Assembly (NCBI RefSeq): GCF_006345805.1
Contig: NC_043024.1
Location: 18,414,001 to 18,478,000, forward strand
Direction of reading: 5' to 3'
Source: Octopus sinensis
Lineage: Eukaryota
DNA: 64,000 bases
Position 1 is the first letter of the stretch. The number at the start of each line of letters is the position of its first letter. The notes under the pieces were generated by a model. The model saw only the letters and a program-made list of their open reading frames with translations. It did not search any database and was not told the origin of the DNA. The translations under genes were made by a program, and so were the position numbers. Positions 12,201-24,056 of the stretch are shown piece by piece.

Positions 12201-13833
12201 ACATAAAAACACCATCCGAAGACCCGGCAAGACTAGTCAGGCCATAACCCATGGCCCCTACCTGGGACGTAGTCAGTCCACCTGTGCATACCTTCCTTCT
12301 TGTGACACTTGTGAAGACCTGTTGAGGCAAGTGAAAATCAAATCAATCAAAACAAATCAAAATAGATGAACATCAATGGAATTTGTATCTTGTGGTACCA
12401 GTGCCGGTGGCACGTGGCACACAAGAAAACCATCCGAAAGTGGCCGTAGCCAGTACCGCATCGACTGGCCTCCGTGCTGTGGGCACATGACAAACACCAT
12501 CCGATCGTGGCCGTTCGCCAGCCTCATCTAGCACCTGTGTCGGTGGCACATAAAAACACCATCCGAAGACCCGGCAAGACTAGTCAGGCCATAACCCATG
12601 GCCCCTACCTGGGACGTAGTCAGTCCACCTGTGCATACCTTCCTTCTTGTGACACTTGTTGAGGCAAGTGAAAATCAAAATCAAAATAAAAATAAATCAA
12701 AATAGATGAACATCAATGGAATCTGTATCTTTGTGGTACCAGTGCCGGTGGCACACAAGAGAACCATCCGAACGTGGCCGTAGCCAGTACCGCATCGACC
12801 GGCCTCCGTGCTGTGGGCACGTAACAAACACCATCCGATCATGGCTGTTCGCCAGCCTCATCTGGCACCTGTGTCGGTGGCACATAAAAACACCTTCCGA
12901 AGACCCGGCAAGACTAGTCAGTCCACCTGTGCATACCTTCCTCTTGTGACACCTGTGAAGACCGGTTGAGGCAAGTGAAAATCAAATCAAATCAAAATAG
13001 ACAAAATAGATGAACATCAATGGAATTTGTCAAATCAAAATAGACAAAATAGATGAACATCAATGGAATTTGTATCTTGTGGTACCAGTGCCTGTGGCAC
13101 ACAAGAAATCCATCAGTGCTGTAGTCAGTGCGGTGGGCACATGACAAACCCCATCCGATCGTGGCCGTTCGCCAGCCTCATCTAGCACCTGTGTCGGTGG
13201 CACATAAAAACACCATCCGAAGACCCGGCAAGACTAGTCAGGCCATAACCCATGGCCCCTACCTGGGACGTAGTCAGTCCACCTGTGCATACCTTCCTTC
13301 TTGTGACACTTGTGAAGACCTGTTGAGGCAAGTGAAAATCAAATCAATCAAAACAAATCAAAATAGATGAACATCAATGGAATTTGTATCCTTGTGGTAC
13401 CAGTGCCGGTGGCACGTGGCACACAAGAAAACCATCCGAACGTGGCCGTAGCCAGTACCGCATCGACTGGCCTCCGTGCTGTGGGCACGTAACAAGCACC
13501 ATCCGATCGTGGCCGTTTTGCCAGCCTCATCTGGCACCTGTGTCGGTGGCACATAAAAACACCATCCGAGCGTGGCCGTCTGCCAGCCTCGTCTGGCACC
13601 TGTGTCAGTGGCACATAAAAACACCATCCGAGCGTGGCCGTTTTGCCAGCCTCGTCTGGCACCTGTGTCGGTGGCACATAAAATCACCCACTACACTCTC
13701 GGAGTGGTTGGCGTTAGGAAGGGCATCCAGCTGTAGAAACACTGCCAGATCTGACTGGACTGGTGCAGCTTTCGGGCTCCCCAGACCCCAGTTGAACCGT
13801 CCAACCCATGCTAGCATGGAAAGCGGACGTTAA

Positions 13834-13865
<32 letters not shown>

Positions 13866-13866
13866 A
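9201..13866 (+). mobile_element. 5'-truncated RTE-type LINE: RT with inserted PHD-like finger, long repetitive 3' UTR and (GAT)n tail
   Basis: GVHQGSVLSPLLF, YADD (10035-10046), C4HC3 finger (10203-10333), FRYLGD and LHGSETW motifs, with frameshifts. Tail at 13833-13866. Confidence 0.9.
10990..13690 (+). repeat. Tandem modular repeat inside the LINE 3' UTR (~300-bp modules, ~1.0-kb higher-order duplication)
   Basis: Identical ORF translations at 11477 and 12474 (offset 997). Recurrent gatgaacatcaatggaat blocks. Confidence 0.85.
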
Positions 13867-13996
13867 TATATATCATCTGGTCGGTAATGTATTTTCCTGC
13901 AATGTATGGATAATTTATCCTGATCACGCCGTTTATTAGCATTATCACGCGTTTGAGAATAAGAACATTATTTCTGTATCTTATATATATATAAAT

Positions 13997-14417
13997 ATAG
14001 GCGCAGGAGTGGCTGTGTGATAAGTAGCTTGTTTACCAACCATATGGTCCCGGGTTCAGCCCCACTGCGTGGAACCTTGGGCAAGTGTCTTCTACTATAG
14101 CCTCGGGCCGACCAAAGCCTTGTAATTGGATTTGGTAGACGGAAACTGAAAGAAGCCCATCGTATATATGTATATATATGTGTGTGCGTGTATGTTTGTG
14201 TGTCTGTGTTTGCCGCCCTAGCATTGCTTGACAACCGATGCTGGTGTGTTTATGTCCCCGTCACTTAGCGGTTCGGCAAAAGAGACTGATAGAATAAGTA
14301 CTGGGCTTACAAAGAATAAGTCCCGGGGTCGAGTTGCTCGATTAAAGGCGGTGCTCCAGCATGGCCGCAGTCAAATGACTGAAACAAGTAAAAGAGTAAA
14401 AGAGTAAAGAGTAAGAG
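13997..14417 (+). mobile_element. SINE family 1, full length
   Basis: Starts ataggcgcaggagtggctgtgtg and ends with the (agtaaag)n tail. Confidence 0.85.
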
Positions 14418-14427
14418 TATATATAAT

Positions 14428-14602
14428 GGGAAGGTTTACGAAAATAAACAAAAGACGAAGACAGGTGGAGTACAAACAAATGCATTAGTATAGCGCTCGG
14501 GAATAGAAATAGAAAAAGTCTTTTACGTTTCGAGCCTAAGCTCTTCGACAGAAAGATACACAGAAAAAAACAAGGAGAGAAAAAAATGTGCATAGTAGCT
14601 TA
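14428..14602 (-). mobile_element. PLE pLTR-like subfamily D'
   Basis: Minus strand CTGTCGA-AGAG-cttagg-CTC-GAAACGT. Homologous to 8893-9058. Confidence 0.55.
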
Positions 14603-14727
14603 TATATATATATATATATATTATCTGGTCGGTAATGTATTTTCCTGCAATGTATGGATAATTTATCCTGATCACGCCGTTTATTAGCATTATCACGCGT
14701 TTGAGAATAAAAACATTATTTCTATAT

Positions 14728-14768
<41 letters not shown>

Positions 14769-14784
14769 ATGTATATATATATAT

Positions 14785-14834
<50 letters not shown>

Positions 14835-15010
14835 TATATATAAGCGGGACCAGCCATCTGAATGTGGCTAGGGACAGGGCGGGGTGGTGGGGGTGTTACT
14901 GATGCATTTAGCCCCAGGCGACTATAGACGTCACCAGGAGAGCCGACACCATCACGGTGTCCTTGCTAGCCTGCAAAGGGAGATCAGCCTCCCCGAAGAT
15001 ACGGATGCTA

Positions 15011-15052
15011 CATACGGACCGGTTTCGAGGTATTGCCTCTCGTCAGCGCATG
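15011..15052 (-). ncRNA. Type I hammerhead ribozyme (family A)
   Basis: Reverse complement: catgcg CTGACGA GAGG caata CCTC GAAA C CG G TC cgtatg. All core nucleotides canonical. Confidence 0.9.
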
Positions 15053-15531
15053 GCAAACACCGTTCTTCGTTGAGGGACTTCCTCTACAGGCTAGAAATAT
15101 ATAGATTTTCACTGTAAACACAGTCACTGGCGTCGAAAATTTGTTCGATAACAATAATAAATCTCTAAGCGAGGTATAAACAGTAACTGCTCTGTAATAC
15201 AAGCGGGATCAGCCATCTGAATGTGGCTAGGGACAGGGCGGGGTGGTGGGGGTGTTACTGATGCATTTAGCCCCAGGCGACTATAGACGTCACCAGGAGA
15301 GCCGACACCATCACGGTGTCCTTGCTAGCCTGCAAAGGGAGATCAGCCTCCCTGAAGATACGGATGCTACACACCGAATGGTTTCGAGGTAGAGCAGTTA
15401 CTGTTTATACCTCGCTTAGAGATTTATTATTGTTATCGAACAGATTTTCGACGCCAGTGACTGTGTTTACAGTGAAAATCTATATATTTCTAGCCTGTAG
15501 AGGAAGTCCCTCAACGAAGAACGGTGTTTGC

Positions 15532-15573
15532 CATGCGCTGACGAGAGGCAATACCTCGAAACCGGTCCGTGTG
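15532..15573 (+). ncRNA. Type I hammerhead ribozyme (family A)
   Basis: catgcg CTGACGA GAGG caata CCTC GAAA C CG G TC cgtgtg. Predicted cleavage after C15567. Confidence 0.9.
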
Positions 15574-15786
15574 TAGCATCCGTATCTTCGGGGAGGCTGA
15601 TCTCCCTTTGCAGGCTAGCAAGGACACCGTGATGGTGTCGGCTCTCCTGGTGACGTCTATAGTCGCCTGGGGCTAAATGCATCAGTAACACCCCCACCAC
15701 CCCGCCCTGTCCCTAGCCACATTCAGATGGCTGGTCCCGCTTATATTACAGAGCAGTTACTGTTTATACCTCGCTTAGAGATTTAT

Positions 15787-15844
<58 letters not shown>

Positions 15845-15866
15845 ATATATATATACACATGTATAT

Positions 15867-15937
<71 letters not shown>

Positions 15938-15961
15938 GTATGTATATATATATATATATAT

Positions 15962-15992
<31 letters not shown>

Positions 15993-16018
15993 ATATATAT
16001 ATATACACATGTATATAT

Positions 16019-16051
<33 letters not shown>

Positions 16052-16066
16052 ATATATATATATATG

Positions 16067-16121
<55 letters not shown>

Positions 16122-16814
16122 CCGTGTATGTATATGTAGACAGGTAAAAATTCACCGACAAAATACTACTTACTTCCTCGCTGTGGAATGATATTCGCAA
16201 AGAAACAATTTAAAATAAATACGTCTTAATTGTTGTTTGAGAAAAAAATATATATATATATTCTGATGATAAAAACATCTTTAATTTATAGACTATATCT
16301 TGTATGTTTAAGAAAAAAAATAACGTTTTCTCTTCTACACTTCTATGTGTGTGTGTGTGAGAGAGAGAGTGAGAGGGGGATCAGAATCATAAAAATAAGA
16401 AAGCATTTGCAGAGCTGTTCTCTACATTGCATATATTGTTCAAGCTGTACAGTTAAGAACTATACTTGCATCCGTGAATTTATTGAGGACGACTAAAAAG
16501 CTATTGAGTTCTTTCGGAACTATGGTGTCCTGCCCACTACTGTGACATGTCCACGATATCGGAGTGAATGTGTGTATAGAAAGGACCAGAATGTCTGGTG
16601 ATACAGAAAAAGTTACACTGTCGCCAAATTGAAAGAACGACATCAGTGTGGTTATTCTATATAGGACTTTCATGGGTCCTTTCTTCATCATGCACGCACT
16701 CCTCTGTGGAAAATCGTTCTCTTCATTAACGAATTTTTTCATCGTTCTTGGAACCATATCACAATGATGGAAAACATGCAATTGTGTTCAACAACTTGTT
16801 TATATATATATATA

Positions 16815-17467
16815 TATAAACAAGTGCCTGTCCAACAATGATTGCATCACCCATACTCTCAACAATGCGCCCTTAAATATGGTTTCTGATTACAAATATC
16901 TTGGGTCATACATATCATCATCTGGAAAAGACTTTCTAACTAGAAAGGGTATGGCCTGGTCAGCCTGTAATGACATGCATAAGATCTGGTCATCAAATCT
17001 AAGTAGAGACTTCAAACTTGAAATCTTCAAAGCCACAGTCGAACCAATTCTACTATATGGCTCAGAAACCTGGACGTTATTAAAGAAGCTTGAGAGGCAG
17101 TTGGATGGAACCTACAATCGCCTCCTTATGAGAGCTCAAAATCTCTCGTGGAAGCGTCATCCAACCAAAATGCAAATATATGGGAAACTATTACCTGTGT
17201 CATCTCTTGTGAAAGGTTGGAGAGTCCAGTTTGCTGGACATTGTTGTGGAGCTGAAAGCGAGGCAATTTCTACTCTTCTCCTCTTGAGGACATCTGCTTG
17301 CGATACCAGAGGGCACACACCCTCCTACCCTGATGTAATCTCCAGGGATACAGGCATCTAGCAACAGGACCTCCGTCATGCTATGATGGACCGTGAAGTC
17401 TGGCGTAGCATGGTAAATTCCATTGTCTCGACCACAGTCGAACAATGATGATGATGATTATGATGAT
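16815..17467 (+). mobile_element. RTE-type LINE 3' fragment nested in Merlin
   Basis: ORF 16879-17361: YKYLGSYI, ILLYGSETWTL, QFAGHC. (GAT)n tail. caacaact occurs on both sides as a possible TSD. Confidence 0.8.
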
Positions 17468-17715
17468 CAACAACTACTGTGGACTGGAGATCTTTTTGTC
17501 CGGAAGTCACAGAAAAGTGGCTTCACTCACAGGAACCTACTGGCGGCGATTCAATTGAAGTTGAAATTGATGTGCCGGAAATACGGGAGGGGTCGAATTT
17601 TGAGCCAAGTTTGGTTGTTTGGTGGAATAGAGCGAACCAATAAGCGTCGTTTTGATGTGCCACTTGTTAACAAGAAGCACGACAAAGCGACACTAGTTCC
17701 TCTGATCCAGGCAGG

Positions 17716-18183
17716 TGTAGTGACGCTACTGTGTAAGTTTCAGCGCACATTCTCAGAATTGGATTACTTCCGGTTGGCCACCGGAAGTTTTCCTCATGCG
17801 AATGTGCAGGAACTGGAACCTAAAAGCCTGACCGCTGAATCGGTCTTTCTGGCATGAGCAGCGCTAGCGATCGGACGTGGCTTGACTTTCTCTCAGGGAA
17901 CAACCCTACACTCAGAGAACCTCACCCCAACGAAGGGGGAGCGAACCGACGAATCGTCTTGACTCGCAACAAGAAAGCACTGCAACCAGTCCTGCGGATT
18001 CAGCTGCTGGTTTCCCTACTAGAGATACACGTGCACTAGTTCTTACCTGTAACCGCATAATAAACCACCACTTACTGTTATTGAAGACCGCCTGACTTTG
18101 TCTCCGTTTATTCAACTTAAATTGTATGTGACAGGATCAGATCGGACACCCCTCTAGTGTCCCTGAACTCTCATCCTGTTACA
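17716..18183. mobile_element. Putative solo LTR (468 bp) nested in the Merlin transposase
   Basis: TGTA...TACA termini and 4-bp TSD cagg/catg. Removing it restores the frame LVPLIQ-A-CIKPGSVIYSD. Confidence 0.65.
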
Positions 18184-18562
18184 CATGTATCAAACCCGGC
18201 TCAGTTATTTATAGTGATTCTTGGGCTGCCTGCAATGATCTAGGTAGTTTGGGTTATCACCATTATGTGGTACACCATTCTGAAAATTTTATAAATCAAA
18301 CACACACATACGCACACAAAACATTGAACGTTTGTGGATGGACATAAAAGAGCGGACAAGAAGGCCAGGTATTCGGTCAAAATATTTGCATCAATACCTG
18401 GTCAGATATTTATTTATCTCCTCGGAGAAAAATAAACCACTCTTACTCCACAAGGTTTTTCGAGAAGCAGCCCGATTATATGTACACCTCTCAGACCAAC
18501 CGCATTTTCGACTATATAAACACAATTCCAGGGGGGGCTAATGCAGATCGATACCTCTCCTT

Positions 18563-18947
18563 GAAAAATGCATTTGGATCTTTTCCTTTTGAACGGCACT
18601 TTGTAACATAATTTCTAGGTAACTAAAAAGTTTTAAACTTCGTATACTGGTAGAATGTGTTTATAAAACATCATTTTCTCTTGGCTTTATTGAGAAAATT
18701 CTATAGGTTGTAAGATATTTCGTCTTTAATTTCGAGCATTTCGGCAATTTTAACCAATCACTGGCGTCCATTTAGGTAAATAACATTCTGTGCATAATGA
18801 ATATGTCCCTCCTTTAAGAAACAGATTGGGTTTATTTACATTAGTGAAGAAAAAAGATACCCTTCCCCCATCTCTAACCCTAACCCTAGTTAACTAGAAA
18901 TTGTATTGAAAAGTGCCGTTCAAAAGGAAAAGATCCATGCATTTTTC
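18563..18947. mobile_element. MITE-like element with ~60-bp TIRs
   Basis: gaaaaatgca..ggatcttttccttttgaacggcacttt matches its reverse complement at 18888-18947. Internal taaccctaaccctag. Confidence 0.65.
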
Positions 18948-19697
18948 TGAAAAAGTTTATTTGGATTCCTAGGTTTTACAGGTCGGAATAAACGTTTTCA
19001 AAAAAATGCAACTTTTGAAGGGGAGGTGCGAATCTGTATTAATCCCATCCCAAAATCTCGTGATTTTAGTGGGTCCATCGAATAGCGTTTCCATTATCCT
19101 CAAAAAATTCATGGACATATATAACAGGGATGTAAAACATTTATGTGAACTTCTCTCTGCTTATTCGTATGCCATTGAAATTATTGCGTGCGTGTACACA
19201 AACACAAAAATTCTCCAGGCATTCGACTTCTATTTTTAGTATATCGACATTTACATTTCCAGATAGTCTGGAGCTTTTCCTAGAAATTTTGAAATAAAAA
19301 AAAAAAAAATTCCATATTCTGAATCTCCGTATTTTTCTACGTACGTTAAAAAAATTCTTTTTAATTTTGAAAAAGTTCAGCTGAAAATATACAACTTTTA
19401 TTCTCTGTCTCTCTCTCTCCTCCCTAGATATATTTATTTTAAATCGCTTCTTTGTAGACAGAAAACTTTTATTCTCTCTCTTTCCCACCTCGCACAAAAA
19501 TGAAACCCAAGCGAGTTTGGGCGCGAAAGATTTTTGTTTTTCTTTCTAAAACGCTGGTAAAAAGCCAAAAAATATTTAGTCGAGAAAAAAGTGTGTATTT
19601 TGTTGGGGTTAATCCATGAGTTGACAATAAAGAAGTAAGTAGTACCTTGACGGTGAATTTTTACCTGTATATATATATATACATACATATATATATA

Positions 19698-19775
<78 letters not shown>

Positions 19776-19907
19776 GGAGTTTAACGCAGGTATAATTCAA
19801 ATACTAAAAATTCCGACAACCTGTTTACTTGTGTGATTTTTTGCTACCCTGGTAACTATTTATCTATTTTTTCCCGTGTTAATTGTTAATAAGGGAAAAA
19901 TACACTC

Positions 19908-20008
<101 letters not shown>

Positions 20009-20099
20009 CCTATCTACCTACCTACCTACCTACCTACCTACCTGTCTGTCTGTCTGTCTACCTACTTTTTACTTCAAAGCTTGGTTCAAACGCTCTAAT

Positions 20100-20935
20100 T
20101 GCTGACAGTAGACTTCAGCATTGATCGTTGCATTAGACGGTAACAATTCAAAGTGAATTACTCCATTGCAATCCAACCAGATAAAGAGAAGAAACTTTTC
20201 CCATGAAGTTCCCTTCACAGTTGTGGTTGAGCTCTTTCGCTTTTACCAAGCCACTGTTTACGACGTTTAACATTTCGATAGAAGATCCATTTTTCGTCAC
20301 CAGCCACAAGTCTATCCAAAAGGGTGAAATGAGTTCACGAGAATGGAGAGAAGAGCAGATGTCAACTCGGGATTTGCAGTTGCTTTCGGATAATTCATGA
20401 CGTACCCATTTTCCAAGTTTAGGAACCTTTCCAAGTTGTTGAAGATGACGATGAACTGTTGTATGGTTTGAACTAAGCTTTATTGCCGATTCTTCCAATA
20501 ATGCAGGACTTTCTTCTAGTAATACCTCAAGGAGCTTATCATCAAACTCAACTGGACGTCCTGTTTGATCTTTATCTTCAAGGCTAAAATCTCTACTTCT
20601 GAATTTTGCAAACCATCTTCTGCAAGTTCTTTCATTCAAGTATTCCTTCCCATAAACTGAGTGAATGTTTCAAGTCACTTCGGCTGCAGTGTGTCCTTTT
20701 TTGTACTCCTAAAGCATTATGTGCCTTAAATGCTCTTTAGAGACTTCCATGTTAGAAAGGGTTTTAATCAAAGAAATTTCAATTCTAATTACTCTGTAAA
20801 ATAATATTTAATTAGTTTAAATGTACACAAATGCATAAAAATAATTTTTAATTCCATTAGACATTCTAAATTACTATTAAATTTCATTCAATTTAAAAAA
20901 AGGTAAAATCAGACAGAACTTATGGGATGACCTGA
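20100..20935 (-). mobile_element. Mariner transposon 5' half (TIR plus N-terminal transposase)
   Basis: RRWFAKFR...GRP...GKWVRHEL (WVPHEL motif). TIR tcaggtcatcccataagttctg next to a TA at 20936-20937. Confidence 0.85.
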
Positions 20936-20939
20936 TATA

Positions 20940-21345
20940 TGGCTACACTCCATGGTAGTGAGACATGGGCTCTGAATGTGGAGGACATGCACAGACTGGA
21001 GAGGAATGATGCCTATGCCAAACTTTTCTCTCAATAGAGTTGTTATTTTCTCTCAATAGAGTTGTTATTTATGCACACAGATGTTGCACATCCAATGGAG
21101 CATACTACCTTCATTCTTTTCCAGTCTATGCATTTTCTTCACATTCAGAGCCTGTGTCTCAATACCATGGAGTATAGCCGTTCGTAAACGAGCACCATAC
21201 AGTCTACCTTTTGCCTTGAGAGAGAGAGAGAGTCCTTTTGTTGCCAAGAGAGGTTGTAGTTCTCTGAACTTCCTCCATCCTCTTCTTATTCTGGAAACAA
21301 TACTTTGAGAGCATCCACCACTGTTACTAATTTGGTCACCAAGCA
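20940..21345. mobile_element. Two oppositely oriented fragments of the PHD-type RTE LINE
   Basis: HGSETWALNVEDMHRLERND-like coding on plus (20940-21012) and minus (21070-21345). Confidence 0.6.
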
Positions 21346-21595
21346 TAGATCGGCATATTTCGGTCATATTATGCGGAGAAAATCCCTGGAGAAGGACATC
21401 ATGCTCGGAATGGTCAGTGGCAAGAGAGGAAGAGGCTGACCAAGAACCCGCTGGCTTGACACCATCAAGAGTGATACTGGAATGGACATAGCCAATCTGA
21501 AAGAAGCAGCCCAGGATAAAACTGACTGGAGGACACTGACCCATCGAGTACCCGAGAGTCGACTTCGACTGAGCGGATAGATAGATAGATAGAAT
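21345..21595 (+). mobile_element. RTE LINE 3' end, same family as 5725-6235, with (GATA)n tail
   Basis: High similarity to the reverse complement of 5734-5960. Confidence 0.8.
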
Positions 21596-22030
21596 TAGCA
21601 GAAACTACCTATCTCTGTGTGTGTGTGTGTGTGTACTCATATAAATATATATGTAAATGCAAATGAACACGTATATATACACACATATACACATACAGAT
21701 ATAAGTAAAGTTTTGATGAATTAGATTTGATGTTGTACTTGAATTCCAGTCAGCCTACCAATTTTCCAAAGGGAGGTATTCAAAGGAATTTTGAAAAAGA
21801 AAATCAATTTAAATATTTAAATGTCAAAGATAAATTACAGCTAATAATATTTTAAATTTCTCCGAATAGAATTCCCTTCATCTTCAGAAAGGGAAAAGTA
21901 TTTTTTCTATTTTTTTTTGGTCTTTTACATTAAGCTTGTATTGCTTTTTTTTTTAGTTTTGATCATCATCAAATGTCTAATTCCTGGTTGTGTGTCTGTC
22001 TGTGTTTGTATGTGTGTATAAATAAATAGA

Positions 22031-22099
<69 letters not shown>

Positions 22100-22186
22100 G
22101 AAATAATGATTTCATTTATTTGCCACAAGGGCGAAGGATAAGTGGGTCAACACAAAGACAAGCACAAAGTGTTGGTGTTTACACAT

Positions 22187-22470
22187 CATCATCATCATCA
22201 TCGTTTAACGTCCGCTTTCCATGCTAGCATGGGTTGGACGGTTCAACTGGGGTCTGGGAAGCCGGGAGGCTGCGCCAGGCCCAGTCTGATCTGGCAATGT
22301 TTCTACGGCTTGATGCCCTTCCTAACGCAAACCACTCCTTGAGAGTAGTGAGTGCTTTTTACGTGCCACTGGCACGGAGGCCAGTCGGGGCGGCACTGGC
22401 AACTGCCACATTTGGATGGTTTTCTTACGTGCCACCGGCACTGGTATCACAGCTACAATTTCCATTGATG
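22187..22470 (-). mobile_element. Short RTE 3'-UTR copy
   Basis: (CAT)n followed by gtttaacgtccgctttccatgctagcatggg. Confidence 0.8.
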
Positions 22471-22559
22471 TTGAACGATTGGAATAAAAAATAAATAAAT
22501 AAACAAATAAAATGAAGTAAGTAAAAACAGTATACAATGAAAAACAAGGGAAACATTCA

Positions 22560-22594
<35 letters not shown>

Positions 22595-22609
22595 ATAATA
22601 ATAATTGTC

Positions 22610-23062
22610 TTAGTATAAAAGATGGGCTACAGCAAATATTCTGCTCAATACCACAGATTTGCTTGTCAGTTGTTTGACCCTAACCAGCTGACCATGTCCC
22701 TTAATGGCGGAGCATTATACCCATGTATTGAGAGCAATTCTTTGGGGTTTGAATAATTCACCTCTGGAAACATGGGTGTATCATTCAACATCCTTAAACA
22801 ACCCTTAATCAGGGACCTTTTGATTGGGATGGGTTACCCAACCACAAGAAAATTCTAACTGGGCCCCACCTGCAAGGTTATGCGCTGTTTATCTTGATAT
22901 AAGATCACCATGTCACGCACATATGGTTGTGATGCACGTGCCTGGTGTACCCTTATCAGACAGGTAGTCATGATGGGTATACTGGGCTTCATATATTTTA
23001 CCCCAGTGTCACTTTGATGGCATGCACTGCTCTCTCACTCAATAATAATAATAATAATAATT
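22610..23062 (+). mobile_element. Unclassified ~450-bp retroposon with (AAT)n tail
   Basis: Inverted homologue at 33030-33480. Confidence 0.7.
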
Positions 23063-23398
23063 ATAATAATAATAATAATAATCCTTTTTACTATAGGTAC
23101 AAGGCCTGAAATTTGTATATATGTGTATGTATATATATATATATATATATGATGCATATATATATATATGTGATGTATATATGTATATATATACATATAT
23201 ATATATGATGTAAATACATATATAATATATGATATATATATATATATATATAAATTTATATATAGAGGGCATTATACATACATGCCAGGAGGCATTATAT
23301 ATACATGCCAAACGCTAAGAGGGACAATCAGTCATTTCTACCAAAAATATTACTAATCCCACCAAATGCAATTTTTCAAAGTAAGACATTTAAAAAAT

Positions 23399-23446
23399 AG
23401 ACCTGTATCACAGTGATTTCATACTTACGTAATCATCAGCAGGCCT
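23399..23446 (-). ncRNA. Type I hammerhead ribozyme (family B)
   Basis: Exact reverse complement of the plus-strand family B motif. Confidence 0.75.
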
Positions 23447-24056
23447 GAATGTATTATAAATAAACAACGACCCTGCCTCGCTTAAGCCGATCAGCTAACT
23501 GATCAACATCAACGAAGCACATGGGTGAGTTTATATATATTACATCCGGGTAAATGGTAAACTTTTACGAATTGCATTTCGGGAGATGCTGATGATTACG
23601 TAAGTATGAAATCACTGTGATACAGGTCTATTTTTTAAATGTCTTACTTTGAAAAATTGCATTCGGTGGGATTAGTAATATCTTTGGTAGAAATGACTGA
23701 TTGTCCCTCTTAGCGTTTGGCATGTATATATAATGCCTCCTGGCATGTATGTATAATGCCCTCTATATATAAATTAATATGTTCAATAAGAAATAATTAT
23801 TTTCGAAATTTTTTCTCTTATGAGGTTTTTACGCTATCTACCTGACAATTTCTTAAGTTTTCCTTATTTAGTAGTTGTCCTTAATTGCTAAATTTTTATT
23901 CCGAAAAAACTTTTCCTCTCCCGAAATGCAATTCGTAAAAGTTTACCATTTACCCGGATGTAATATATATAAACTCACCCATGTGCTTCGTTGATGTTGA
24001 TCAGTTAGCTGATCGGCTTAAGCGAGGCAGGGTCGTTGTTTATTTATAATACATTC

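Larger units (their letters stand above)
13875..14730 (+). repeat. Pair of ~108-bp direct repeats (13875-13982, 14623-14730)
   Basis: atctggtcggtaatgtattttcctgc...acattatttct occurs twice, nearly identical. Confidence 0.85.
14838..15790. mobile_element. Retrozyme-like tandem array A (359-bp monomer) with head-to-head inversion at 15391
   Basis: aagcggga recurs at 14842 and 15201, agagcag at 15391 and 15750 (period 359). About 1.5 monomers on minus and 1.1 on plus, each full monomer with an HHR. (TA)n flanks. Confidence 0.85.
16143..19665 (+). mobile_element. Merlin (IS1595/ISXO2-like) DNA transposon remnant with nested insertions
   Basis: Imperfect ~35-bp TIRs ggtaaaaattcaccg..tactacttacttc, putative 8-bp TSD tgtagaca/tgtatata. 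Transposase motifs KYGRGR, VWLFGGIER, IYSDSW and HTQNIERLW. Confidence 0.75.

Noticed and set aside
10990-13690. Repeat array superficially like CRISPR
   Set aside because: No constant short repeat with unique spacers and no cas genes. It lies in a LINE 3' UTR.
13890-13945. Minus-strand GTGATCA plus GGATA/TATCC hairpin as a second G3-C8 hammerhead
   Set aside because: GAAA is not adjacent to the hairpin and stem I is out of register.
18875-18888. Telomere-like TAACCC repeats
   Set aside because: Only two units, internal to a MITE.
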